A stretch of 64,000 nucleotides of DNA from Eledone cirrhosa. Its lineage: Eukaryota. The notes under the pieces are model-generated. The model worked only from the letters and a program-made list of their open reading frames with translations. It was not told the DNA's origin and searched no databases. The position numbers were made by a program, and so were the translations under genes. The stretch covers positions 30,070,001 to 30,134,000 of the forward strand of contig OZ024743.1 of the NCBI GenBank assembly GCA_964016885.1, written 5' to 3'. Each line of letters starts with the position of its first letter. The stretch's first letter is position 1. This document shows positions 13,091 to 25,318 of this stretch, piece after piece.

Positions 13091-14090
13091 CATACGCACA
13101 CACAAATGCACACTTTAATTAATGGGTAATTTCAGGATTACTTGCCTCTAGACCTATCCCGTGGTATCAATAATTTTCCCCGAAGTAATCCATCACAATA
13201 TAGTTGGGTGAATTAGTTGGGTTACCAACCCAAAGAAATTAAAGTACCTGCATAGTGCACTGTTTTAACTGCTTATATATACATATATGGACGGAGAGAA
13301 ACCGAGAAAGTGAGAGAGTGAGAGAGTGAAAATGAGGGACAAAAATAGTTGGTGTATTCCTATGAGGTCTGGTATTGATGCGACTTGCAAAACATATTCA
13401 GTCAATATGTCTACACAAATATTATTTGTAATTGAATAGACCGTGGGGGTATCCAGGTAATTTACAGCCAGATTTAAACGGAAATCAATTCTATTTCAGT
13501 GTAATACTGAATGGCGGGTGAAAGTTATGCTATGAATAAACATATTTGGGTAATATTTGGACAGACAGTAGGTAATTCCATTGATGAATCACCTGGAATA
13601 TTTACAATAAACAGCGATTGCTTCTGGAGTGAATAAAACAAATATTCACACAAATAATACTACATTGAATTGAGTTGAGTAAGTGAGTTCTTTTACGTAA
13701 TTTGGTTATAGGTCTGTGAAAGAAAATGAAATAATATTAAGGCAGACATTGGAAATAGTCAACCAGAAAAGCATTTGAAATATATTCGTTATAAATCTAC
13801 CACTTCACCGTTTGTTAGTAAACTGAAAACTGATCTTGTATATATTTACATAAAAAAGGAGAAATCAATGGTCTCTTATTATTCGAAGTTGAATGATGTC
13901 TAGCGTCTTACAAATTGTATATTAACCATGAAACATATTTTGTTTTAATTATAGATGGGACAAGTTTTAATAGACAAACCTTATACTGATTGAATTCAAA
14001 ACCAATTAATATTTTCCAAATTACATCTCTATATAGATACGCATACTCACACACACACATACACACATACGCACACACACACACACACAT

Positions 14091-14131
<41 letters not shown>

Positions 14132-15275
14132 ATATAATTTCAAAGATTGTTTTATTAACCAATATCTTTTAGTAAAAATTACTCAAATGAATACAGAATT
14201 TTCAAAAGTATTAAATATGCTAAACTTATGCACGCATTCAACCAAATTAAGCATCATGTCGTCTAACTAAATGAAATCAGCATATCATGCTTCTGATACA
14301 TATATATAATTATGGAAATATTCTAGGGGATGCTATTTTAATTGCTTCTAAGCCAAATCGAGGTGATTAATTTCCTTTTGGCAGGATCAGTCTCTAAGAA
14401 GCGATTACCATTTAGCCGTAAACAACACCGCTTATTGATTTAATTTTTGCACAACAAATCAAGTATCTGCAATTTCTGTATAGAGAGTGTGTAATTAGCA
14501 CAATGTTTTGAAGCGTTTTCTAAAATATTTCAATTCAAAATTAAAGAATATGTGTCATTATTAAAGTCATCATATTCAATAAAATATCTTTCATCTATTT
14601 CATGTACGAAACAGATGCTGTATTTTCCTTAATGATTTCAAAGTAAATAAAGAGACATCCTTTTCTTCTCAGATTTCAAAATCTTTAGATTTATTAAAAG
14701 TATTAACCCTTTAATCCAAATGTTAAAAATATATCATTTTCTGGCACAATTTAAAGAATCTTCCATACCCATTACTATCCGAAGTTTAAATTTCAATTAA
14801 TCTCTATGCAATAACAATCTTCAAGCAGTATGTTGTATTAAGTGTCATGAGAAAGAACAATATCACAAGCAATTAATGAATGGCCGTTAGCTTTTATGTG
14901 AGAAATAGCAATCAGAAATACTAGCCAAATGTTCATTATCTGCAAAGTTCTATTTTACTGAATAATTATGTTTCGACATAAAATTATTTAATAGGTGTGT
15001 CTGAAGAAAGTATATTGTGTTTATGTTCTCTATATCATTAAACTATTATTATTTCAGATAAAATCACCAGTAGCATTATATATTAATGAAATATTTCTTA
15101 ATTTGTTTAGAAACAATACAATGCTATCGAGTAATGCTAAATAACCTGTGAAAATAAAAAAATATAATCATTAAATGGATACGATCTAATCATTCCAAAT
15201 CCCAAAATCAATTTCATTTTACTTAGAACGTATACATACATATATACATATATACATATATACATTTATGTATAC

Positions 15276-15363
<88 letters not shown>

Positions 15364-15519
15364 TTATATATATATATACATATATATATTTATATATATA
15401 CATTTATATATATATACATACACACATATATATATATATACACACACACAGAGGTATATATATATATATATGTGTGTATATATATATATATATGTACATA
15501 TACAGACACACACACACAC

Positions 15520-15574
<55 letters not shown>

Positions 15575-15576
<2 letters not shown>

Positions 15577-15753
15577 AACGAGTAGGACCCCGACGGCTGA
15601 GCTCAAGCCGTTTCGACGGCCAATTCTGCCCAGAATTAGCCGTCGAAACGGCTTGAGCTCAGCCGTCGGGGTCCTACTCGTTCCTATTACCCACTCTACT
15701 ACCCTAAGTGTTGAGTACTTTGGTCCACATGGTTCCTTACCACATTTCCACCG

Positions 15754-15755
<2 letters not shown>
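15575..15755 (+). mobile_element. Family C fold-back element
   Basis: Near-perfect palindrome 15575-15684 (loop 15629-15630); (TA)n on both sides. Confidence 0.75.
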
Positions 15756-15802
<47 letters not shown>

Positions 15803-16215
15803 GACACAAACACACATGAATGTATATATATATTATTTAAAATATTAATAAATGACAAATATTCCCATAATCAAAATATATATTTTATTATACATATTTC
15901 AAAGGTACAATGGTGTTTAAGTACGTTTTTATTAGATAAAATATAGGATTTTACATGCGACATACCACTACGGTTTTGATTATTAAATTCCAATAGTGGC
16001 AGTGATTTATTTCAGCAACCCTCAACGTTTTTATACCACAAATAATATGATAAACTAACAGAAGAAGTGGACGTAGAGCAAGGTAGAAATATAGAAGGGG
16101 AGTTGAGATGGAAGATGCAAAGAAAAAGAAAAAGGCGAGAAATAAACAAACAAATAAATAAATAAATAAATGAATAAAAGAAGAAAAAAGGGGGAATAAA
16201 AACAAAAGAAAGGGA

Positions 16216-16261
<46 letters not shown>

Positions 16262-16413
16262 AATTTATATCTAGTAACATTTATATACACACATATGCAT
16301 ATCAATGCTAGCAAATATATAGGTTTTGTCTTATTAACATTGTGGTTGCAGAACAATAATATGAGAGACGTAAAATAAGAAAATTATAAAATTAACTTAC
16401 TTACTAAAAAATC

Positions 16414-16496
16414 ACTTCCAACTAATTAGTTTCTGGAATGGAGTAAATATATTTTCCGAAGAAACATATAGATAATCATTCCGTCATCAGGAAAGT
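16414..16496 (-). ncRNA. Type I hammerhead ribozyme (family H)
   Basis: Reverse complement of the motif at 17300-17382; TCATCAG at 16484-16490. Confidence 0.8.
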
Positions 16497-16938
16497 CTTT
16501 TTCCGTGTAAGTCTCCAGGCATAGCGAGGACTCTGGAAACTTATTAAAAAAATAATTCAGTGGAAAGGAAATAGCGAAGCGTGGACTGGATTCCTAGCCA
16601 TTGAGAAAATCACTGTCTCTACGTCTGTGGCAAATTCAAAAAGAATCAATCACGTGACATCGAGGTCAATCAGTGGAAAGCGAGTGCTTAATAAGACAGC
16701 GGCCAGCCTACTACAATAGTAGCAGTCATGGCCAAATATTGCTCAACAAATGAATTGGAGATAATTATAAGGAATTTATATCTAGTAACATTTATATACA
16801 CACAGATGCATATCAATGCTAGCAAATATATAGGTTTTGTCTTATTAACATTGTGGTTCAATGCATGGGGTTGCCGAACAATAATATGAGAGACGTAAAA
16901 TAAGAAAATTATAAAATTAACTTACTTACTAAAAAATC

Positions 16939-17021
16939 ACTTCCAACTAATTAGTTTCTGGAAAGGAGTAAATATATTTTCCGAAGAAACATATAAAAAA
17001 TCATTCCGTCATCAGGAAAGT
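16939..17021 (-). ncRNA. Type I hammerhead ribozyme (family H)
   Basis: TCATCAG at 17009-17015; one mismatch in stem II. Confidence 0.75.
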
Positions 17022-17299
17022 CTTTTTCCGTGTAAGTCTCTAGGCATAGCAAGGACTCTGGAAATTTATTAAAAAAATAATTCAGTGGAAAGGAAATAGC
17101 GAAGCGTGGACTGGATTCCTAGCCATTGAGAAAATCACTGCCTCTACGTCTGTGGCAAATTCAAAAAGAATCAATCACGTGACATCGAGGTCAATCAGTG
17201 GAATCCAGACCACGCTTCGCTATTTCCTTTCCACTGAATTATATTTTTTTAATAAGTTTCCAGAGTCCTCGCTATGCCTGGAGACTTACACGGAAAAAG

Positions 17300-17382
17300 A
17301 CTTTCCTGATGACGGAATGATTTTCTATATGTCTCTTCGGAAAATATATTTACTCCATTCCAGAAACTAATTAGTTGGAAGT
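17300..17382 (+). ncRNA. Type I hammerhead ribozyme (family H)
   Basis: actttc-CTGATGA-c-ggaatg...cattcc-a-GAAAC-TAATTA-GTT|ggaagt; palindromic stem III AACTAATTAGTT. Confidence 0.8.
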
Positions 17383-17427
17383 GATTTTTTAGTAAGTAAG
17401 TTAATTTTATAATTTTCTTATTTTACG

Positions 17428-17468
<41 letters not shown>

Positions 17469-17547
17469 CATATATATATATATATATATTTCGTTTCTGA
17501 ATTTGTTTAGCAAGATTCTTTATCTGAAAACGTGTGTTGAAACCGAT

Positions 17548-19475
17548 ATTGTTATACTTTGGGAGGGTCATGTTGCCAATAAGAAACACACGCACCAGTT
17601 ACTTTCACTTCAATTTATTATAATAAATTTATAAATTTAGGAATTTATAAATTTCTCGTTGGTTGGTTGGTTCCACAACCAGATAGTTGTTTATATATTG
17701 TCAAAGATCTTTCGTCACACATTCTGTGACCTCTTCAGTGACTGGGGATTCTTTTCTTTGTTTTTGTGCCTCTCCATTGTTCTGTCCTACGCCGTTTTGT
17801 TTCTGTGTGTGTGTGTTGTGTGCTCAGTCTGCGCATGCACAAAATCCGGGTGTCTGTGTGTGTTTATATTCGTTTATTTATTTGTTTATTTACATGTTAC
17901 CGGTTGGTTGTTTTTTCTATGTGCGTGTCTGTTTTCATTTTGTCCTTAATTGTAAGTTGTGATGTTGCTGTTCCACTCATATTTTCTATTTAATTTTGGT
18001 TGTAATTCTTTTATGTTTATTGCCTCTGTGATTTGTCTAAACATTGCGTCTTTTCTGTGTGTAGATTCTATTTTTATTTCTATGTTCTCTAATTTACCCT
18101 CATGTTCTATTTAAGCATGTTGGTAGAGTACAGATGATTCTTTACTATCTTGAAGGTCTCACCAGTGTTCATTTATCCGTTCCCCTACACTAAGAGCTGT
18201 CTCACCTATGTACACTATATTTTTGTCCTACATTGTCCTTCAGTACATCTTATGCTATACACTACATTTCTAGTTTTACACTTAATATGGGAGCTTATTT
18301 TACAGGTTATACATTTCTTATCTATACAGGGGGGTCTTTGAAAAGGGTATGTCTTGTTAAGTGTTTTTACGGAGGTACCTGGTCTTTCTACTATCTTAAT
18401 ATTGAGTTTATGTTTATCTAGGGCCCTTCTAAATTTGTAAGCTAATTCACATCTAGGGGTTGTATCAATGAACATTACACTCTGGTATTTATTGCTATCA
18501 TACCATGAGTTTATTCTATTAGCCTTATTCCTAGTTCTTTCTATTCTATTCCAAAATGTGCTCCTATACAAGGGGTAGGTCCCATTTGTGTCATTATTTA
18601 CCATTTCTTCCCATTTGGTTTTGGCTCCTCTATACACTCTGATTTTATCTCTCTGATTGTAACCAGAGAACTGCATACGGTGGATGAAGTGTTGTATGTG
18701 TCTCTCTAGTTATTCGGGGTTGCACATGCGGGACACGTTTCTCATCACCCGTACCAAATCCGCAATCAGTATGTTGATTTTTGTATGGTCCGAAACAGCT
18801 GAGTTTCGGTGGTCAGATGTTTGGAAGTCATGGGTCTGGCATAATGGGAATGGTGGATTTGTTTTTTGTTATTAATGGTATCTAACCAGAGCTCTGTGTC
18901 TAGTACAGGTAATCGATGGTTGGGGTGTTTACTTGGGTATTCTATAGTAACTCTAATACTCTGGTGGATGGAGTTAGCTATTTGCTGGATGCTTTCCATT
19001 GTGTTTTTCTCTAGTTCCTGACTGTTCTCTAGTGGGGGTGTCTTAACTACGATGTTTATATCATCAACGTAGCGGGAGTACATTATCAGGCTTAAGGGGT
19101 CTTGTAATTGTTCTTTAAGTTTAAGTTTAAGTCTACTGTCCCACCATACCATGAATAAGTTAGCTATGTCGCCTGCAATGCTAACGCCAATGGCTGCTCC
19201 TTCCACTTAGGCATATGTTTTTCCATTAAATTTGAACATATGTTCCTTAAGGGTTAGTTTTATTCTGGCCCCTACCGCATGTGCAATCATTTTCTTCAGT
19301 TCATCGTGGTTTTCGGGTGTCCGTATTACTCTGGTTCAGCCGTTCCATCTATCTGTGTGGGTTTTCTTGGCCATTGAGGTAGGTGGTCTGCCTCTTGCTG
19401 GTCTTGTAGGGCACAGGTTGCTAAGGTCATATGTGTCTAGGTAATTACCTATAGTAATAATTACCTAGACACATA
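17548..19475 (-). mobile_element. 5'-truncated Penelope-like element, family J (RT plus GIY-YIG, frameshifted; Neptune/Nematis-like by motif)
   Basis: ORF 18766-19206: GAAIGVSIAGDIANLFM, YSRYVDDI, LPVLDTELW; ORF 18215-18676 ends in a Cys linker and NVVYSIRC; the 5' end forms a hairpin at 19430-19475. Confidence 0.85.
17700..17742 (-). ncRNA. Minimal type I HHR in the PLE pLTR
   Basis: Minus strand: gtca-CTGAAGA-g-gtcac-agaatgt-gtgac-GAAA-GATC-TT|tgac; palindromic AAGATCTT. Confidence 0.8.
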
Positions 19476-19721
19476 ATAATGTTTTCTTTATTAACCAGAA
19501 GTGTTTACATAAAGTAGACATTAAGGACAGTACAGGAAAATACAGGACGGTACAAATGGGCATTTCTGCGTGTAAAAAAGCAGGATGTAATAAAATAACA
19601 AAGAAAAATTCCCCAATAGGGGGGAGACTTCCGAGGGAGATTAGTGGAGAAAGCCCTTTAAAAGACCACAGTGACCCTGACAACCAGGGCAAGTGCCCTT
19701 TCCCAGTTTTCCACCTTTAAT

Positions 19722-22700
19722 TTACAGACACATACTCAGAGTAGGCCCATTCACTCGGGCCATACTTGCTTCTCTCACCCATCTTTCAACAAAATGCTGG
19801 GAAGAGAGCACTTCCCTCTCTACCCTGATTTTCCTTTTCAAATGAAATTTGAAGAAGTTAATTAGAGCATCACCGAAGAGGTAAGATCTCGTCTCCAGCC
19901 CTTTCAAACGTGTCCACCATACTATCTCTTTCGCCATGGCCACCAGACAGATAAAAACTGCCTGCCCTTCCCGGCTAAAGGAAGAGGGCGGGGCAATCCT
20001 CACGATGGACTCAGCTGATAGCTGGATCCGTCCTATACGTGACAGCAGGTGTTCGACATAAACCCACAAGTCAGCAATGATCGGACATGCCCGGCTGACG
20101 GCACCTCCAAGCCTGTAGAGTTTATCCCGAACTGGCAAAGCTTCCAGGTAGCACTGCCAGGCCAGGGATATCTGGAAGTTGTCCATAGGCCCCGGCCCGA
20201 AAGTCCTTCCGAAGAGATTGGCTAATTGATTTTCGTCGACGCCTAGAGTTTCTCCAAGTACGTCGTCGCTCTTCCCCTCCACTAATCCTCTATAGAACGC
20301 CAAGGTGGAGTTTCCACCGATCACATTGCCCGATTGGTCGAGGGCTGTGAGCGCCTGAAGACATTCCAGTCTCCAAGCGCTCCCTCTCGGTCTTCGCTTG
20401 ACCGAGGAGTGCAGCTCCGTCAAGGAGACGACCGAAGGAAAGACGTGTCTAGCAACTGGCGACCACACCTGATCACCATCGAGGAAGAGGTGGAGATGTC
20501 GTATCCTGAGCGCGTGTCTGCGCATCATCAGCCACGGCATGCCCAGCCTTCCACGTAGCGGGTGTTGACAGCAGATGGACCGCCTAACCATCGGAGCGCG
20601 TCCCTTCCACAAAAAGCGAAAGAGCAAACGCTCCAGCGCAGTCAGGCGGGGCTTAGGACAAGGTACGACGGTCAGGCGGTAGTAGATGACGGACGCGATG
20701 TACGCGTTAGCCACCTCCGCTCGACCTTTCAGGAATAGCTTCCCCTCCGCCCATTTCTGGGTGAGAGAAGCCACCCTGCTCGTCACCTCGTCCCAGTTTT
20801 TGTCCGTCTCGAGGTCCGGACTGAACCAGACCCCTAGCAATTTAACCGGTCCGTCCGTCCAACGCCCGACGACGCTGTTGGACGGCATGGACCTGTCACT
20901 CCAGGTGCCGAACTGCAGGCCCAGTGACTTTTCCTGGTTGATAATTGCTCCTGTCATCGCTTCGTATTCTCTTAGTGTAGTGCCGATCGCCTCGATGTGT
21001 TTGGCGTTCGACACCACTACGGTGACATCATCCGCATATGCTGACACGGATCTTCCGCATCCTAGTTCGCGCGGGACCCCCCTCAACGTCTCCAGTTTGT
21101 GCAGTAATGGCTCGAGAGTCAATACGTACAAGAGGGACGAGAGGGGACATCCTTGGCGGACCGAGCGCATGATGTTGAACGGTTCCGAAAGGTGACCGAT
21201 CACTCTCACTACAGAGCAGATATCGTGGTGCATGGCAGCGATCCAGCCTCTGAAGACGGACCCAAAGCCAGCCGCCCTCAGGACTGCCGCTAGGTAACGA
21301 TGGTCGACCCTATCGAAAGCTTTGGACACATCTAAATTGATCAAGGACCCACCCGCGCCAGGTTCCCTAGCTACCCTCTCTACGATGTACCGCATGAGGT
21401 GGAGGTTATCGTGGATGGATCTGTCGGGAATGGCGCATGTCTGCGCCTCTCCCACCAGACCACCAACGACAAGCGCCAACCTCTTTGCTAGCACCTTGGC
21501 CAAAATCTTGAACTCTGTGTTTAGCAGAGTTATGGGCCTAAAATTATCTATGTTATCCCCCTTGTTCGATCCTTTCTCATCAGTGCCACCGCTCCTCGGC
21601 TCACAGAACTGGGAATTCTCCCGTTCTGTTGCCAGTTGCAGTAGACGTCCGCCAAGAGGCCTCCGCACAAGTCTGGCATCTGTACGTAAAGTTCATAGGG
21701 CAGACCATCCAAACCAGGCGATTTACCCCTTGTGCAGCCAGTCGTTGCCTCCCTTACTTCAGCGGCTGTTATCGGCTTTTCGCAACACTTCGCCTCAGTG
21801 GCCAAGAGCCGCGGCAGTCCGTCGAGGTAGACACTAAAGTCCATCCCTCGACCCAGCCCACCGCTGCCCCCGAACAACTGAGCGAAGTGTCGCTGAAAAG
21901 CTTCACACATTTGCCCGGGATCGAGTAGCATGCGCCCGTCGTGGTCCACCAAAGACCGGATCGTGGCTTTGTTGCCATGACGCGCCACCGCCACTCGGTC
22001 CCATTTAACGGCTTTCGTCCCCTCGTGTGTGAGAGCACGCAGCCTTGCTCTGACAACGCAGTCTTCGTGCTTTGCATTGAAGAATTGGTCAAGGGCCAAT
22101 TTCGCCGCATGCACGTCGGTCGCAATGCCTTTGCTAAGCGCCTCGTCTAATTTTGTAACTAGTTCTCCCTCTACTCTATTTTTCTCTATTGCTAAAGCCT
22201 TACTAAACCTAATCGATTCTATTCTAATCGCACATTTCAGAGCAAACCACCACTTGTTGTTGACGATGTCCCGGTCTCTGTAGGCCTTGCTTGCTGGTAA
22301 GGACGCGTTTAGCTTCCAGTAGCCGGGTACTCGTCTATGAAGCCTATCTAAGTCAAGCAAACAGATCACGAATGTGTGGTCCGTGTAGCTGACTATCTTG
22401 AATTGTGGAAAGCCTATGCTAGACCTATCTATTTCCCTACAAAATACTCTATCTAGATATGATCTGGATGACCCTATGCGATTTGTCCAAGTCCACATTG
22501 GCACATTCGGGAAATCCAATCGGTACCTGAGCTGGTTTGTGAGGCTCTTGCACCCTGCACCCCTATCCGCTAATCCAACACAGTCCCAGCGTGCATCTAA
22601 GATCTCGTTCCAGTCGCCCACTAACACTAAAGAGCGGGACGTTCCAAGAAAGGTCTCCAGACTCTGGAAGAAATCAGGCCGCCCTGCTCCTATCGGGGCA

Positions 22701-23023
22701 TAGACGGCCACTAACCTGAAAGCTTGCCCGTCTCCGCTGGTCACGTCCAGCACCACCAACTTACCTTCTGGGTCCAGGAAGATGGCCCGTATGGCAAGAT
22801 CCAAACCTCTCCGAAAAAGCACAGCAACTCCTCCCCCCGATCCCGGACGGCTGGGAGATGCGTACACATCGTAGCCGCCGAAGATCGGTGCGAAAGCCTG
22901 TGCTTCGGAGATTCTGGTCTCGCTGATGGCCACTACATCTATGTTTAGTGACCTGAGGTGGCCCTGCTTCCATGACGACCCCAAGCAACGCGCATTTATG
23001 CTGCCTATTCTGAGTGAGGTCAT
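19722..23023 (-). pseudogene. ORF2: AP endonuclease plus reverse transcriptase, frameshifted near 21550-21670
   Basis: SINARCL, ISET, VYAP, LVGDWN, SYLDRVF, YTDH (APE); KSPGLDGLPYELY, FRPITLLNTEFKILAK, LDVSKAFDRVDH, VRQGCPLS, AYADDV (RT). Confidence 0.92.
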
Positions 23024-23057
23024 GTTGAAAAGGAGTGGAAAAGATGGGAAAGACCAC

Positions 23058-25044
23058 TTACCTTACTTCTCGTAGGGGAAGGACGGTTTTTCCATCCTTT
23101 TCAATGCTTGTGGCCTCCTCAGGAAGGATGTCCTTATAAATCCAACTGGAGAGTGCTTGTCGGAAGTATCCGATGTCTTTGTGGAATTTTTGTTTTAGTG
23201 TCATGTACGTTTTCTGTGTGATGCGAGTGATTTGTATGTGTGGAGGTGGTGTGACATTTTGGGTTGTTGTGTAGTCTTTTTCTGTGATGCTGGTGTTGTG
23301 TTGGATGTAGTGTAATAATTGCTTGTTGTTCAAATTTAATGCTGTGTAGTGTGTATCGTTTTGGTTGTGTTGTTTTGTTTGCGTTTGTTGTGGGTTTGTT
23401 TCTGTTTCGCATTTTGGTGACTTTTGTGGTGTAGGTGATGGTGGGGTTGGGGTTAATGATGGTGATGGGGTTGATGGGGTTGGTGATGCTGGTGTGGATG
23501 GTGGCATATCTGTCCTAACTTTTTTGTTTGTTAATTTATTTGTTTCCCTCTGTATTTTGTTTTTGGAGGGGGAAGGAAGAGAATCTTTTCTTTTTTGGTT
23601 TCTCTTTTTTTTCCTGATACCATTTCACACTCCTCGTCGTCACAATCTGTCTCCAGTTGTGATAGGCCGGGGAGTGGAAAATCCTCCACAGGCGTTAGTT
23701 TTGGTTCTGGCGTGGTGGATGGTGTAGGCGCTGGTGCTAGTTCTGAAGCGTTGGGTGGTGGTGGTGTTGGTTTTGCTGGTGGTGGTGGTGGTGTTGGTTT
23801 TGCTACTGTTGCTGGGGTTGTTGCTGTTATAGTTGCTTCTGTTATTACTGCTACAGTTGTTGCTGCCATCTCTGCTACTGGTGGTGTTGATGGTTGTGTC
23901 ACTGGGATGGGTAGGAGAGGTGGCCTCAACCTTTTAGCCTGAGGGCAGAAAGCCCTTAGGTGGGTTCCTTCACCACAAACGACACACCTAGGCCTTCTGC
24001 CCTCGACAATTACGGTGAGGTGGCTGCCGTCAGTGAGGTCTATTATCTCTGTGATCTCCTCAATGCTTTTTTGGTCCGCTTGGATCAAGAGCTCCATCCC
24101 AGATCCGGACCAGTTCTCCTGCTTTTCTTTTGCTATTGCTATTATCTTTCTGTTGGCTTCGATGCCGGCGAGGACGCTATCAGCCAGGGAATTTCGATGG
24201 CCGGTGGAACGTGGGTCACCCTGATCTTTACGAGTCTCTGGCCACAATAGCTTGGGACGAGTGTGAAGTCGTCACTTCTTAATGGGGACATGGAGTGTTC
24301 TCTAGCCTCCTCTGGTGTTTCAAAGAACACGTCCACGGTTCCATACTTCTGCCCACGTCTGATGTGGGTTTTTCTTGCCCACACATGTCCCAAAGCTTTT
24401 TGGATTTGGGACTCGGATGCCCGTTCCACTCGGCGCGATTTTACATTTATTGTTCGATACGACACGGTGCATAGGCGCCGATGCTCCATTTTATTAGGTG
24501 TGTGTGTGTGTGGGGGGGGGGGGGGCTGACCCTGTACCCATCTTTCTTCACGATTTGTTTGGCATTTTCTAATTCCTCCTGAGTTACCGTAAATGCTTCG
24601 CACAGTTTTGCTACTCTGGCAAAACTCAGGGTGGTTTTTTTTAATGTCATTGTTGTTGTTGTTGCTATCGTTATTTTTGTTATTATTAATTTTAGTTTCA
24701 GTTGTGGTGGTGGTGACGTCAGTGAAGTTCGGTTTGCGAGAGTCCATTTTGGTTGAAAATATTTCGACATCACGAGTTGATTTATTTTTTCCTTTTGTTT
24801 CTGTTGTCGCGGTGGTGCTAGGGGTGGTGGTTGTGGCGATGGTGGTGGTGGTGGCGGCTTTAACACCTGCAGTCATTGGTAATGGCGGGAAATGAATGTC
24901 TGCCTAAGACAAATTTAAAATATTGCTAGTGCTTAAATTGTTTGTTTTGGCAGACGTAGTATCATTTAGTATGGTGGTGTCGGTGTGAGGTGTTAATTTG
25001 TGAGAAAGGCTTTCAGCTGCTTGGTGCAGTGGTGAATTAGCCAT
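23058..25044 (-). pseudogene. ORF1: gag-like protein with zinc knuckle, broken by frameshifts and stops
   Basis: Pieces 24142-24876, 23531-24247 (CVVCGEGTHLRAFC = CX2CX4HX4C) and 23058-23507; candidate ATG at 25044. Confidence 0.75.
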
Positions 25045-25254
25045 TTTTTTTTCAAAGAAATTTTTCGATAATCATAAAAGTTTAAATTTTGGGCACAAGG
25101 CTCCAATCTTTTTGGGTGTTCTTTTCAAAAAACAATGTATGTGCGCTTATATATAGTTAACAATAAAAATTTTCCATAAATGGCAATTTTTAACAAACGG
25201 AAATAACAAACCTTTGCCGATCTCACGATGATACGATTTACTACGTAGGTCGCC

Positions 25255-25317
<63 letters not shown>
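25255..25317. repeat. (AAT)n microsatellite at the Tx1/R4 junction
   Basis: Directly visible. Confidence 0.95.

Positions 25318-25318
<1 letters not shown>

Larger units (their letters stand above)
16256..17433 (-). mobile_element. HHR-element family H: ~511-525-bp tandem units plus fold-back copy
   Basis: Unit start ataaggaatttatatctag at 16256 and 16767; 17201-17433 is an inverted copy; three HHRs; (TA)n flanks; no ORF. Confidence 0.85.
19481..25254 (-). mobile_element. Near full-length Tx1-like (L1 clade) non-LTR retrotransposon
   Basis: ORF1 plus APE-RT ORF2; AATAAA near the 3' end; flanked by (ATT)n on both sides. Confidence 0.9.

Noticed and set aside
20334-22948. Plus-strand ORFs overlapping Tx1 ORF2 (likewise minus-strand ORFs over the R4 elements)
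   Set aside because: Antisense shadows of GC-richer coding sequence with no independent motifs.
25078-25107. SINE-3'-end-like motif (ggcacaaggc) in the Tx1 5' UTR
   Set aside because: The match is too short to exclude chance.
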